Shown piece after piece: positions 9,293 through 17,527 of a stretch of 39,143 bases of DNA; positions within the stretch are counted from its first letter, which is position 1, and each line of letters opens with the position of its first letter. This DNA comes from an uncultured Candidatus Sumerlaeota bacterium (GTDB lineage: Bacteria > Sumerlaeota > Sumerlaeia > SLMS01 > JAHLLQ01). Below the pieces are notes generated by a model. It saw nothing but the letters and a program-made list of their open reading frames with translations. It searched no databases and was not told the origin of the DNA. The position numbers and the translations under genes are program-made. Location of the stretch: positions 1-39,143 of the forward strand of contig CAZVAQ010000003.1 of NCBI GenBank assembly GCA_964625145.1, written 5' to 3'.

Positions 9293-10330
9293 ATGGGACT
9301 GCGCATTGCGGAAATTTCCACCTTGTCGCGCCCCGTTCCTCCAGTGGGGGAGGGTTCCGTGGAGAGTCTTGTGTCCTCCATCACCGAGGGGCTTGTCGCC
9401 CGCGGTCATGAAGTCACCCTGTTTGCCACGGCGGATTCCCAAACATCGGCAACGCTCTGCAGCCCGGTCCCCAGGAGCTACGTCGATGACCCGGCCAAAT
9501 GGGATTGGCAACTCTATGAAGCCTGGCAAGTGTGCGAGGCGTTTCGCCGCCACGCCGATTTCGACATCATCCACTGCCACTCCTATCATCATGCACTGCT
9601 ATTCTGTGATCTTGTTCCAATACCCGTCTTGATGTCGATGCACCTCGAACCGGGTCCTGATTATGTATTCCTGGCGGAGCGGTCGCGAAACCGGCACCTG
9701 CACTTTTGCTCGAGGTACCAAGCCCGTTCCTTCGCCCACATTTCCGGAAAGAGCATCATTCTCCACGGTGTGCCTGTGGCGGGCGCCCTTGCGGCGGCCA
9801 GCGAGCCACGCGGCCATGATCTCCTGTTTCTCGGCCGGTTTTCTTCCGAGAAGGGTGTGCTGGATGCCATTCGCATCGCGCGTCGGTTGGGCAGCAGGCT
9901 GCTGCTCGCCGCTCCTCCGAATGACTATTATCACGCCAATGTGGAGAAGGAAGTGGACGGAGACCAGGTCGTCTACGTCGGAGAGGTCCACGGCGTGGAG
10001 AAGTTCCGTCTCTTGTCCCGGGCCCGCGCGTTGCTCTATCCCGTGAATCGTGGCGAACCATTCGGTCTGGTTCTCATAGAGGCGCTCTTGTCAGGCACTC
10101 CTGTCCTGGCCCATCCTCTCGGAGCGGTGCCGGAAGTTGTCACTCACGGCGAAAATGGATGGCTGTCAGAGTCGGATGAAGGATTTGAGGCTGGTTTGTC
10201 CTTTGCCCAGGAAGCCGACAACGAGGCCATACGCGCCGCGGCCATGTCGCGTTATTCGGATGCGCGCATGGTTGACGAGATCGAGACTTTGCTGCTGCAA
10301 TTGGCCGGAAGAGGTGGCGATCATGCCTGA
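9293..10330 (+). CDS. Glycosyltransferase family 4
   Basis: PVPPVGEGSVE, GLVARGHEVTLFA, FLGRFSSEKG, EPFGLVLIEALLSGTPV (ExFG..xxEA). Confidence 0.93.
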   Translation: MGLRIAEISTLSRPVPPVGEGSVESLVSSITEGLVARGHEVTLFATADSQTSATLCSPVPRSYVDDPAKWDWQLYEAWQVCEAFRRHADFDIIHCHSYHHALLFCDLVPIPVLMSMHLEPGPDYVFLAERSRNRHLHFCSRYQARSFAHISGKSIILHGVPVAGALAAASEPRGHDLLFLGRFSSEKGVLDAIRIARRLGSRLLLAAPPNDYYHANVEKEVDGDQVVYVGEVHGVEKFRLLSRARALLYPVNRGEPFGLVLIEALLSGTPVLAHPLGAVPEVVTHGENGWLSESDEGFEAGLSFAQEADNEAIRAAAMSRYSDARMVDEIETLLLQLAGRGGDHA

Positions 10331-11312
10331 GTCCACAGCCAGGAAAGCACGCTACGTCGGGTATACAAAGGGAACGGAGAATCATGGCGACGAGGCCCTG
10401 ATCTGGATTATCCGGGATCTCTTGTCGCCGGAGATTGATGTCGTCACCGAACCTGGCCCGACAGACATCGCCCTTCTGGGCGGCGGCACGCTGATCAACC
10501 AATCACCCTGGTTGATTGATGCCTTCTCGGATGAACTGTCGCGATGCGGTCGGGGAATTGTCTTTGGCACCGGAGTTGGCAGCACCATCTTTTGGGGCAA
10601 TCATTTCGCACAATGGAACCGGCTGCTGGATAAGTGCGCGCACGTGGGCGTGCGCGGACCGCACTCATTGCGCCTCCTGACGTCCAACGGTTTCAGGGGT
10701 GCCCAACCCATCGGCGATCCCTACCTCGCCCTCCATCCACCGATGGAGTATCGCCCGTGCACTCGTCGCATTGGGATCAACGTGGGAACCACGAACGATT
10801 CTCTCCATGGCGGCAACGAAGCCGATTTCCTGCGCCGAGTGGGGGAGCTCGCCGCTTTGCTCCGTATGCGCGGATGGTCGATCTTCTGGGTGTCGGTGTG
10901 GTCACGGGATCTCGAAGTCATTCGCCAGATCCGACAGTCTGGCGGGGCGAATGACGAACCCCTGTACGACGCGCGCAGCATGACCCTTGAGACGCTCAGC
11001 GCCATTGCCCGTTGCGAAGTGTTTCTCGGCGAGAAGCTCCATGCCTTGGCCATGAGCGCCGTAGTCGGCACCCCCTTCATCGCGTGGGAATATCAGCCCA
11101 AGGTCAGGGACTTTGCGGCCTCCATCGGGATGGAGGAACTCGTCCTGTCCACCAAGACCCGGTCCCCCACCGAGGTACTCGCAAATATCGAATCTCTCGC
11201 CCGCGGTCACCAGGTCGTTGCCTCCCAGTTGAGACGGGAAGTTACTGTCCGCCGGGAAGCCATCCATGCCTTTGCCACCCGCGTCAGACGCTGGGCCAGG
11301 GAGGGAGACTGA
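10323..11312 (+). CDS. Polysaccharide pyruvyl transferase family protein
   Basis: NHGDEA, LGGGTLI, GTGVG, VGVRGPHS, DP, KLHA..M..VVGTP, YQPKV motifs. ATG at 10323 overlaps the GT4 end and has GAGGTG upstream. Confidence 0.85.
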   Translation: MPESTARKARYVGYTKGTENHGDEALIWIIRDLLSPEIDVVTEPGPTDIALLGGGTLINQSPWLIDAFSDELSRCGRGIVFGTGVGSTIFWGNHFAQWNRLLDKCAHVGVRGPHSLRLLTSNGFRGAQPIGDPYLALHPPMEYRPCTRRIGINVGTTNDSLHGGNEADFLRRVGELAALLRMRGWSIFWVSVWSRDLEVIRQIRQSGGANDEPLYDARSMTLETLSAIARCEVFLGEKLHALAMSAVVGTPFIAWEYQPKVRDFAASIGMEELVLSTKTRSPTEVLANIESLARGHQVVASQLRREVTVRREAIHAFATRVRRWAREGD

Positions 11313-11317
11313 CGGCG

Positions 11318-12478
11318 ATGCGCATTGTCCTGGCAGGGATCATCGGTCGTTACCCATGGGGCGGAGTCACCTGGTGCAGCCTCATGTACCTGCTTGGGCT
11401 GCGCAAGCTCGGCCACGAAGTGTGGTATTTGGAGGACACGTGCGAATGCAACTTCGACCCGGAGCTGAACGCGATCTCCACCGACCCGGGCTATGCGTTG
11501 CGTTACATCGATACCAACCTGCGGCCGTTCGGATTTGGCGACCGCTGGTGCTATGTGGACTACACCGGCCGCCATCACGGGATCGATGAAGCGCGCATGC
11601 GCGAAATCTGCAACTCGGCGGATCTGTTTCTCGTACTCTCGGGGGGATGCTGGGTGTGGCGCGACCACTATCGTGCCATACCCCGGAAGGCATTCATCGA
11701 CAGCGATCCTGCCTTCACGCAACTGGCCATCGAAAACGCCCGCGTCGAATCGGATCGCGAGGGAAAGAAGTCATGGTATGTTGATTTCTTCGAGGAGTAC
11801 GACACGCTGTTTACCTTCGGCGCAGGGATTGCCAATGGGTTCTCGTCTGTTCAATCGCATTTGAAGTGGCATCACACGTGGCAACCCATCGACACCAGTC
11901 TTTGGAACCCGGCCGCGTTGCCCCTCCCGCCGCGCAGGAGATTCACAACCATCATGACATGGGCCGTGGAGAGTTTCGAAGACATTGGCGGAAACAAGGA
12001 CCATGAGTTCCTGAAGATTATCGATCTGCCTTCACGATTGGGACCGGATCGCGCCGCGGCAATTGAGCTGGCCGTCACCCGCCCGCCAACGCTGCTGCGC
12101 CAAAAGGGCTGGAATTGCCAGGACGCCCTGCCGATCTCCAGAGACTTGTGGCGCTATCACGCCTACATTGCCTCCAGCGCGGCCGAGTTCAGCGTGGCCA
12201 AGGAGACATATGTTCATACCCGATCAGGATGGTTCAGCGACCGAAGCGAATGTTATCTCGCCGCGGGGCGTCCAGTTGTGTTGCAGGATACCGGCTTCTC
12301 GAATGTGCTGCCGGGGGGGGAGGGGATTGTCGCGTGGAACACCGCCGATGAAGCCATCGCGGCATTGGACGAGGTGGAGTCGCGCTACGCTCTCCACGCG
12401 CGCCGCGCCCGCGAGCTCGCGATGATCTACTTCCGGGACACGGTGGTGCTGCAGAAGCTGCTGGATCGCGTGTCGTGA
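11318..12478 (+). CDS. GT-B-fold glycosyltransferase-like protein
   Basis: MRIVLAG..RYPWGGVTW..YLLGLRKLGHEVWYLED, DSDPAFTQ, SGWFSDRSECYLAAGRPVVLQDTGFS. GGAG RBS upstream. Confidence 0.75.
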   Translation: MRIVLAGIIGRYPWGGVTWCSLMYLLGLRKLGHEVWYLEDTCECNFDPELNAISTDPGYALRYIDTNLRPFGFGDRWCYVDYTGRHHGIDEARMREICNSADLFLVLSGGCWVWRDHYRAIPRKAFIDSDPAFTQLAIENARVESDREGKKSWYVDFFEEYDTLFTFGAGIANGFSSVQSHLKWHHTWQPIDTSLWNPAALPLPPRRRFTTIMTWAVESFEDIGGNKDHEFLKIIDLPSRLGPDRAAAIELAVTRPPTLLRQKGWNCQDALPISRDLWRYHAYIASSAAEFSVAKETYVHTRSGWFSDRSECYLAAGRPVVLQDTGFSNVLPGGEGIVAWNTADEAIAALDEVESRYALHARRARELAMIYFRDTVVLQKLLDRVS

Positions 12479-12520
12479 TTCTTGCCGCGCGGCGCTGAGA
12501 CGCGCCAATCGTGCCTGCAT

Positions 12521-13666
12521 TTACGCTGATGGTGGACAGCAGCTGGATCTCTCCACCAGCGAGGGGAGGAAGACGTGTTCTTGATACTCGGGGTCCAAGG
12601 TGCCCTCGATCCGCTGCAGCAGGATCTCTGCGGCGCGGCGGGCCATTTCTTCAATGGGCGCAACCACCGTCGTCAGGGGCGGCGTCATGAAGCGCGAGCC
12701 CTCGATGTTGTCAAAACCCACGACAGAAACGTCGGCCGGAACGTTCAACCCCAGTTCGTTTGCTGCCGATAGCACGCCGAATGCAATGATGTCATTGGTC
12801 GCATAGATCGCCGTGGGGCGGCTCTCCTTTGGCCGTGACAACAAGCGCATGGCAGCTTCCTTTCCTCCTTCCTCATGTTGTAGCGAACTGACGATTATGT
12901 TCTCGTCTGGAACGTGGACGCCGCGTTCGGCAGCGGTCTCCTGGAAGAGTCGCAGCTTGCGAAGGGTCAGGCTCACGCACGGCTCGGCGCTGACGCAGGC
13001 CAACCGCACATGACCCATGCCGGTCAGGTACCGCGCGACCTCGCGCACGCCGTGGGTAAAGTCGGCGGTCACGAAGTCCGACGGGACGCGCGCATAGGAT
13101 TGGTTCAGATAAACGAATGGCAACCCCGCGATCTTCATCTCCCACAAGACGCGCTCGCGCTCTGTGTAGGCCGTGTCCAGAGGGACAAGGATGACTCCAT
13201 CCACGCGTTCCTCCATCAATCGGCGCAGGTACTGGTCCCAGCGGCGATGCTCCCCCTCCGTGCTGTGGGTGATGACGGAGAAGTTCTCCGTGCCAAGCAC
13301 CTCCTGGATGTTCTTTGCCATCGACGCGAAGAAGGGGTTGGCAAGATCGGGGATGACAAAGCCAATGGTTCGCAGGGGCCTGTCGCCAGTTCCCGAATTC
13401 GGGGAGTTGGAGAGCGACGTCGCCACGTACACCCCCTTCCCCCGATAGCGCACAATGCAACCCCGACTGTCCAACTCCTGGATCGCTCGGTTCACGGTGA
13501 CCAGGCTGACACCAAACTCCTCCGAAAGTCCGTTGAACGTGGGCAGCGCGTCGTTGGCCTTGTAGATCCCCTTGAGGATTCGCTCCTCCAGGACATCGGC
13601 GATGTGCAGGTACTGCGGACGGGGCGGCGTCCTTTCGCCGTCCCGGGTGGGTATCACGTCTGCCAT
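12521..13666 (-). CDS. GntR-HTH / LacI-type sugar-binding transcriptional regulator (AraR-like architecture)
   Basis: YLHIADVLEERI..G.Y...LPT...LSEEFGVSLVTVNRAI..L..G...GKGVYV, then IGFVIPDLANPFF, GH.R, PTAIYATND, VPADVSVVGFDN, PPLTTV, LVERSS. ATG 13666 has AAGGAG upstream; the alternative start is 13768. Confidence 0.92.
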   Translation of the reverse strand: MADVIPTRDGERTPPRPQYLHIADVLEERILKGIYKANDALPTFNGLSEEFGVSLVTVNRAIQELDSRGCIVRYRGKGVYVATSLSNSPNSGTGDRPLRTIGFVIPDLANPFFASMAKNIQEVLGTENFSVITHSTEGEHRRWDQYLRRLMEERVDGVILVPLDTAYTERERVLWEMKIAGLPFVYLNQSYARVPSDFVTADFTHGVREVARYLTGMGHVRLACVSAEPCVSLTLRKLRLFQETAAERGVHVPDENIIVSSLQHEEGGKEAAMRLLSRPKESRPTAIYATNDIIAFGVLSAANELGLNVPADVSVVGFDNIEGSRFMTPPLTTVVAPIEEMARRAAEILLQRIEGTLDPEYQEHVFLPSLVERSSCCPPSA

Positions 13667-14205
13667 GTTGCTGGCTCCTTCCCTTGCGAGATTGGAGGTC
13701 CGTGGTTGCCTGGCAGTATTGCCTGACTTTCCTGATGCCTTGGGTGCCTTGCGGCCGGTTGGACTCATGGATTCTCCATCTTCTGTGGACGCGAGGGCTA
13801 GGGCCGAATGGAGTTGGCCGGTCCGAAATTCGAATGAGCCGGCGAACTATACGTTCTAAACGGGATGATGCCTACTAAGACAGTGCTTTAGTTGTCGAGG
13901 AAAAAGCTCCACCTCTCTTGAAAGCAGCACAGAGGGCTGAGTGCGCTGAATCAAGCTGTTGGCCGGGTGCTATCTGGATGGTATCGGCAAGAGCAGAACT
14001 ACAGCGCACTTTCTTCATTCCGCCGCGGTCAAGTCGGCAGGAATTCCAATTGGTTCCGAGTGGACCAAGTGAAGTGCCAAGATGCTGAGCATTGAAGGGA
14101 TGTAATTGTATTTAGTCGAAGGCAGAAGCCCGGATAGTTTCCATTCGCTGCGCCGCCGTAGGGAATATTGGCATGCTCTTCGACTGGCAGGCCTCCGGGG
14201 GATGA

Positions 14206-14238
14206 CCCGGCTTCGCTGCGGTGCAGCTATGCCGTGGC
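14206..14238. repeat. Short imperfect palindrome (CCCGGCTTCGCTGCGGTGCAGCTATGCCGTGGC), possibly a dispersed REP-like element
   Basis: Hairpin-forming. The TCGC...GCTATG core resembles CCTCCGTCGCGTTGAAGCCGCTATGGAGG at ~119-147. Confidence 0.35.
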
Positions 14239-14292
14239 GTAGTGGCGTCAGTGGCGGGGGTTTTGGGCTTCAGAATTAATACATCTACTGAT

Positions 14293-15789
14293 CTATTGCG
14301 AAACCGGCATGGTGAAGGAGGGGCCGATGCCGTCGGAGGTCCTGGGCCAGCGGGTGGTCACAGTCTTCAGGCGTGTGTAGAAGCGCACGCCTTCCATGCC
14401 ATGCATGGCCATGTCGCCAAAATTTGATCGCTTCCAACCGCCGAAACTGTGGAATGCCATGGGCACCGGGATCGGGACATTGATCCCCACCATGCCCGCC
14501 GTGACGCCTTGCGAGAATGCTTGGGCAGCTCCGCCGCTTTGCGTGAAGATGGCCGCACCATTGCCGTACGCATGACTGTTCACGATGGCGAGTGCTTCCG
14601 CCAGATCCGCCGCGCGCAAGACACAAAGCACCGGACCGAAAATCTCCTCGCGCCACACGCGCATCCGGGTGGTCACATGATCCAGCAGCGTGCCACCGAG
14701 GAAGTATCCATTCGGCCGGTCCGGGTGTCGATAGCCGCGCCCGTCGACAACCGGAGTGGCGCCTTCCGCGATTCCATTTTCGATGGCCTGCACGATGCGC
14801 GCGCGATGTTCGGCGCTGATCACCGGGCCCATTTCCGCGTCCGGATCACTGCCATGACCGATCTTTAGTTCCTCCACCCGCTTGTGCAGGCGATCGACAA
14901 ACTCATCGGCGATTCTGCCGACGACCACGCAAGCGGAGATGGCCATGCAGCGTTCGCCGGCAGAGCCATAGGCCGCGCCGACAATCGCCTCGATGGCCTG
15001 ATCCATGTCGGCGTCGGGCATGACAACTGCATGATTCTTGGCTCCGCCAAGGGCCTGCACGCGCTTTCCGCCCCGCGCTGCCGTCTCGTAGATCGACTTG
15101 GCCACCGGCGTCGACCCGACAAAGCTGACCGCTGCAACGCGCGGATCGGTCAGCAGCGTCTCGACCGCTTCCTTGTCACCGTGCAAGACATTCAACACGC
15201 CATCCGGTGCGCCGGCTTCCGAGAGTAGCTCTGCCAGACGCACGGCCGTCGATGGGTCCTTCTCGGACGGCTTGAGCACGAAGGTGTTTCCGCAGGCAAT
15301 CGCCAAGGGGAACATCCACATGGGAACCATTGCCGGAAAGTTGAAGGGCGTGATGCCGACGCAAACTCCCAGCGGTTGGCGAAGGGAGTGGGAGTCCACG
15401 CTGCTCGACACGCGTTCCGTATAGTCCCCGCGCAGCAGATGAGGAATTCCGCAAGCAAACTCCACCACTTCAAGTCCACGGATCACGGAACCGCGCGCGT
15501 CGGAGACCAGCTTGCCGTGCTCTGCAGAGACCAGCCGCGCCAGCTCATCGATGCGGCCCTCGACCAGTTGTCGGAATCGGAACAACACGCGCGCTCGCTG
15601 CAGTGGAGGCGTCGCCGCCCATGCTGGAAAGGCTTCCGCCGCTGCGGAGACAGCGCCTCGAGCTTCGTCGGCACCTGCCAGGCTTACCCGTGCAATAGGC
15701 TCGCCCAGTGATGGGTCGTTGACCACCGCATGGCGCTCGCTACGTCCCGGCGCGAGCTTGCCAGCGATGAAGTGGGGAATGTCCTTCAT
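14293..15789 (-). CDS. mmsA: CoA-acylating methylmalonate-semialdehyde dehydrogenase (MmsA/IolA)
   Basis: GITPFNFPAMVPMWMFP, LKPSEKDP, SFVGSTPVA, KRVQALGGAKNH, GSAGERCMAIS, EEIFGPV, GMVGINVPIPVPMAFHSFGGWK. Confidence 0.95.
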   Translation of the reverse strand: MKDIPHFIAGKLAPGRSERHAVVNDPSLGEPIARVSLAGADEARGAVSAAAEAFPAWAATPPLQRARVLFRFRQLVEGRIDELARLVSAEHGKLVSDARGSVIRGLEVVEFACGIPHLLRGDYTERVSSSVDSHSLRQPLGVCVGITPFNFPAMVPMWMFPLAIACGNTFVLKPSEKDPSTAVRLAELLSEAGAPDGVLNVLHGDKEAVETLLTDPRVAAVSFVGSTPVAKSIYETAARGGKRVQALGGAKNHAVVMPDADMDQAIEAIVGAAYGSAGERCMAISACVVVGRIADEFVDRLHKRVEELKIGHGSDPDAEMGPVISAEHRARIVQAIENGIAEGATPVVDGRGYRHPDRPNGYFLGGTLLDHVTTRMRVWREEIFGPVLCVLRAADLAEALAIVNSHAYGNGAAIFTQSGGAAQAFSQGVTAGMVGINVPIPVPMAFHSFGGWKRSNFGDMAMHGMEGVRFYTRLKTVTTRWPRTSDGIGPSFTMPVSQ

Positions 15790-15983
15790 GAGTTGGTTCC
15801 GTCAGTTCGGGATGCAGTCCGTGGTGGTTTCGCGGGCTCGGGCAGTAAAAGGCAAGGGGGCTACAAAGACGACACCGCGCCCGGCGACTCGCTGCGAAAG
15901 CCGCGTAGGTTCGTCGCCTCCCGCGGAGCACTTCAACAGAAATGCATGGGGAAAGGGCGGCCGCCTGCGCGCCCGGTCCTCCC

Positions 15984-17426
15984 TCAATGAACCGATAGCC
16001 AGCTTCCGGGGACGGTTGGTGGATCAACCACGTTGGCTGATTCCCAATAGATGTTGTCGATGAAGAAGGTTGGTGTCGCCGCGCTGGTTCCATTCGCCAG
16101 GAAGTCAAAGCCAATGCCCTCAAGGAGGCCGTCGAACTGGCCATTGCCGGCGACCTCCGCGATGTTGAAACCCGCGGCGTCGGCGGGGATGGTGTACTTC
16201 TCCCCTTCCGCGGTGGGGGAGAAGGTGTGGTTGGTGATCCAGATATCGCCGTCCATGTCCAACAGCACAAAGCGGACGAGTTGCGAACCCGGCATGTTCG
16301 TCCGCATGCGCCATGTCAGTCGTTCAGCGCTCTGCAGGTCCAAGGGACTCTCTGGCAGGCGATACCGCACGCCAAAGTTCGCCCCTGCATTGAAGTTTGC
16401 CGACGCACGCAGCGAAGCGTTGCCTTCATCAACCTCGTTGGGCACGGTGGTGATCGCCATGCCGTTGTATGCGGTGCCGAATCGCGTCCACTCGCCCGGA
16501 GATCCCATGGGGAAGCCACCAGAGGTCGTGTCGGATTCGATATCCGTGATGAGATGCGGTGCACCCGGGTCTTCGGGGTCCGGCGAGTCGATCGCATTGT
16601 GGCTTGTGCTGTCGAAATAGACGAAGTGGTCTCGGGTGGGCAATGCGTCGCCCATGAAGTTCAAGTTCTCCAAACTGTCGTAGATGCGAAAATTGGTCGG
16701 GAATGCATTCGAAGGACCATACGCGCATGTGTAGGTGGGACGAGCCTTGATGCGCGGGCCGCCTTCGGCCTGGATGTACCAGTCCACAACGTAGCGCCCT
16801 AGCTGATCCTCGTCCAACTCAATTGTCAGCTTGTACCATCCACCGGGTCGGACGTGATGAGCGGGATCCGCCGGTTGAAAGACCAGGCTGCTGCCCGGAT
16901 CACCGGATCGCCCCGCGGCATTGTCCGGCTGCACGGTCAGGTAGACGAGCAATGCATTTGCCGGCAGGTTCGGAATGCTGTTTCGGACGCTGGCGCGGCC
17001 GGGGCCGATCTCGAAATCGATCTCGCGCGCGGCATTGGCGGCTGCTCCTGACTGATCCGAATACAGAAACGCGCCCAGACTCACCCGTGCATTGGCTTCC
17101 ATCGGCGGGATATACACGACCCACTCGTACATGCCGGTGGTGAAGGTCTGCTGCGTGCGGATCTTCGGGCGTTGGCCAGTGCCTGCCGCGGTCTTGAAGA
17201 GCATCACGCCGCGGCCATCAAACGTCGTCGCCTGATACGGTCCCGGTGCCGTGGCTGGAGGAGACATCGCCTGGGATGCATCACTCCATCCTTGCGGCGC
17301 CACTCCGGGTGCACCGGGCGTATCAAAGTTCCATGTGACGCCTTGTGCGTGCACGATGGCGACAGCCAGGACTTGCAAAGCCACAAGCAGGCTGATCCAT
17401 CCGTACTCCCTGTTCCACATCTGCAT
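15984..17426 (-). CDS. Secreted GH16-like glycoside hydrolase with C-terminal 'GEWTRFG' CBM-like domain
   Basis: Signal peptide, FTTGMYEW...GAFLY...REIDFEIG (ExDxE GH16 signature), Pro/Asp linker, a repeat-family domain and the C-terminal tail PPTVPGSWLSVH. Confidence 0.75.
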   Translation of the reverse strand: MQMWNREYGWISLLVALQVLAVAIVHAQGVTWNFDTPGAPGVAPQGWSDASQAMSPPATAPGPYQATTFDGRGVMLFKTAAGTGQRPKIRTQQTFTTGMYEWVVYIPPMEANARVSLGAFLYSDQSGAAANAAREIDFEIGPGRASVRNSIPNLPANALLVYLTVQPDNAAGRSGDPGSSLVFQPADPAHHVRPGGWYKLTIELDEDQLGRYVVDWYIQAEGGPRIKARPTYTCAYGPSNAFPTNFRIYDSLENLNFMGDALPTRDHFVYFDSTSHNAIDSPDPEDPGAPHLITDIESDTTSGGFPMGSPGEWTRFGTAYNGMAITTVPNEVDEGNASLRASANFNAGANFGVRYRLPESPLDLQSAERLTWRMRTNMPGSQLVRFVLLDMDGDIWITNHTFSPTAEGEKYTIPADAAGFNIAEVAGNGQFDGLLEGIGFDFLANGTSAATPTFFIDNIYWESANVVDPPTVPGSWLSVH

Positions 17427-17449
17427 TTGTCGGCCTCTCTCGCATGAAG

Positions 17450-17483
17450 ACGGGGGATGCAGCCAATGGACTGCATCCCCCGT
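17450..17483 (-). terminator. Strong intergenic stem-loop (partial terminator or mRNA stabiliser)
   Basis: ACGGGGGATGCAG-CCAATGGA-CTGCATCCCCCGT forms a perfect 13-bp stem downstream of the repeat-protein stop, with only a weak U-tract. Confidence 0.65.
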
Positions 17484-17527
17484 TGTGAGTCACTCGGAAT
17501 CGTCCAACCACTATTGAAACGACTCAA

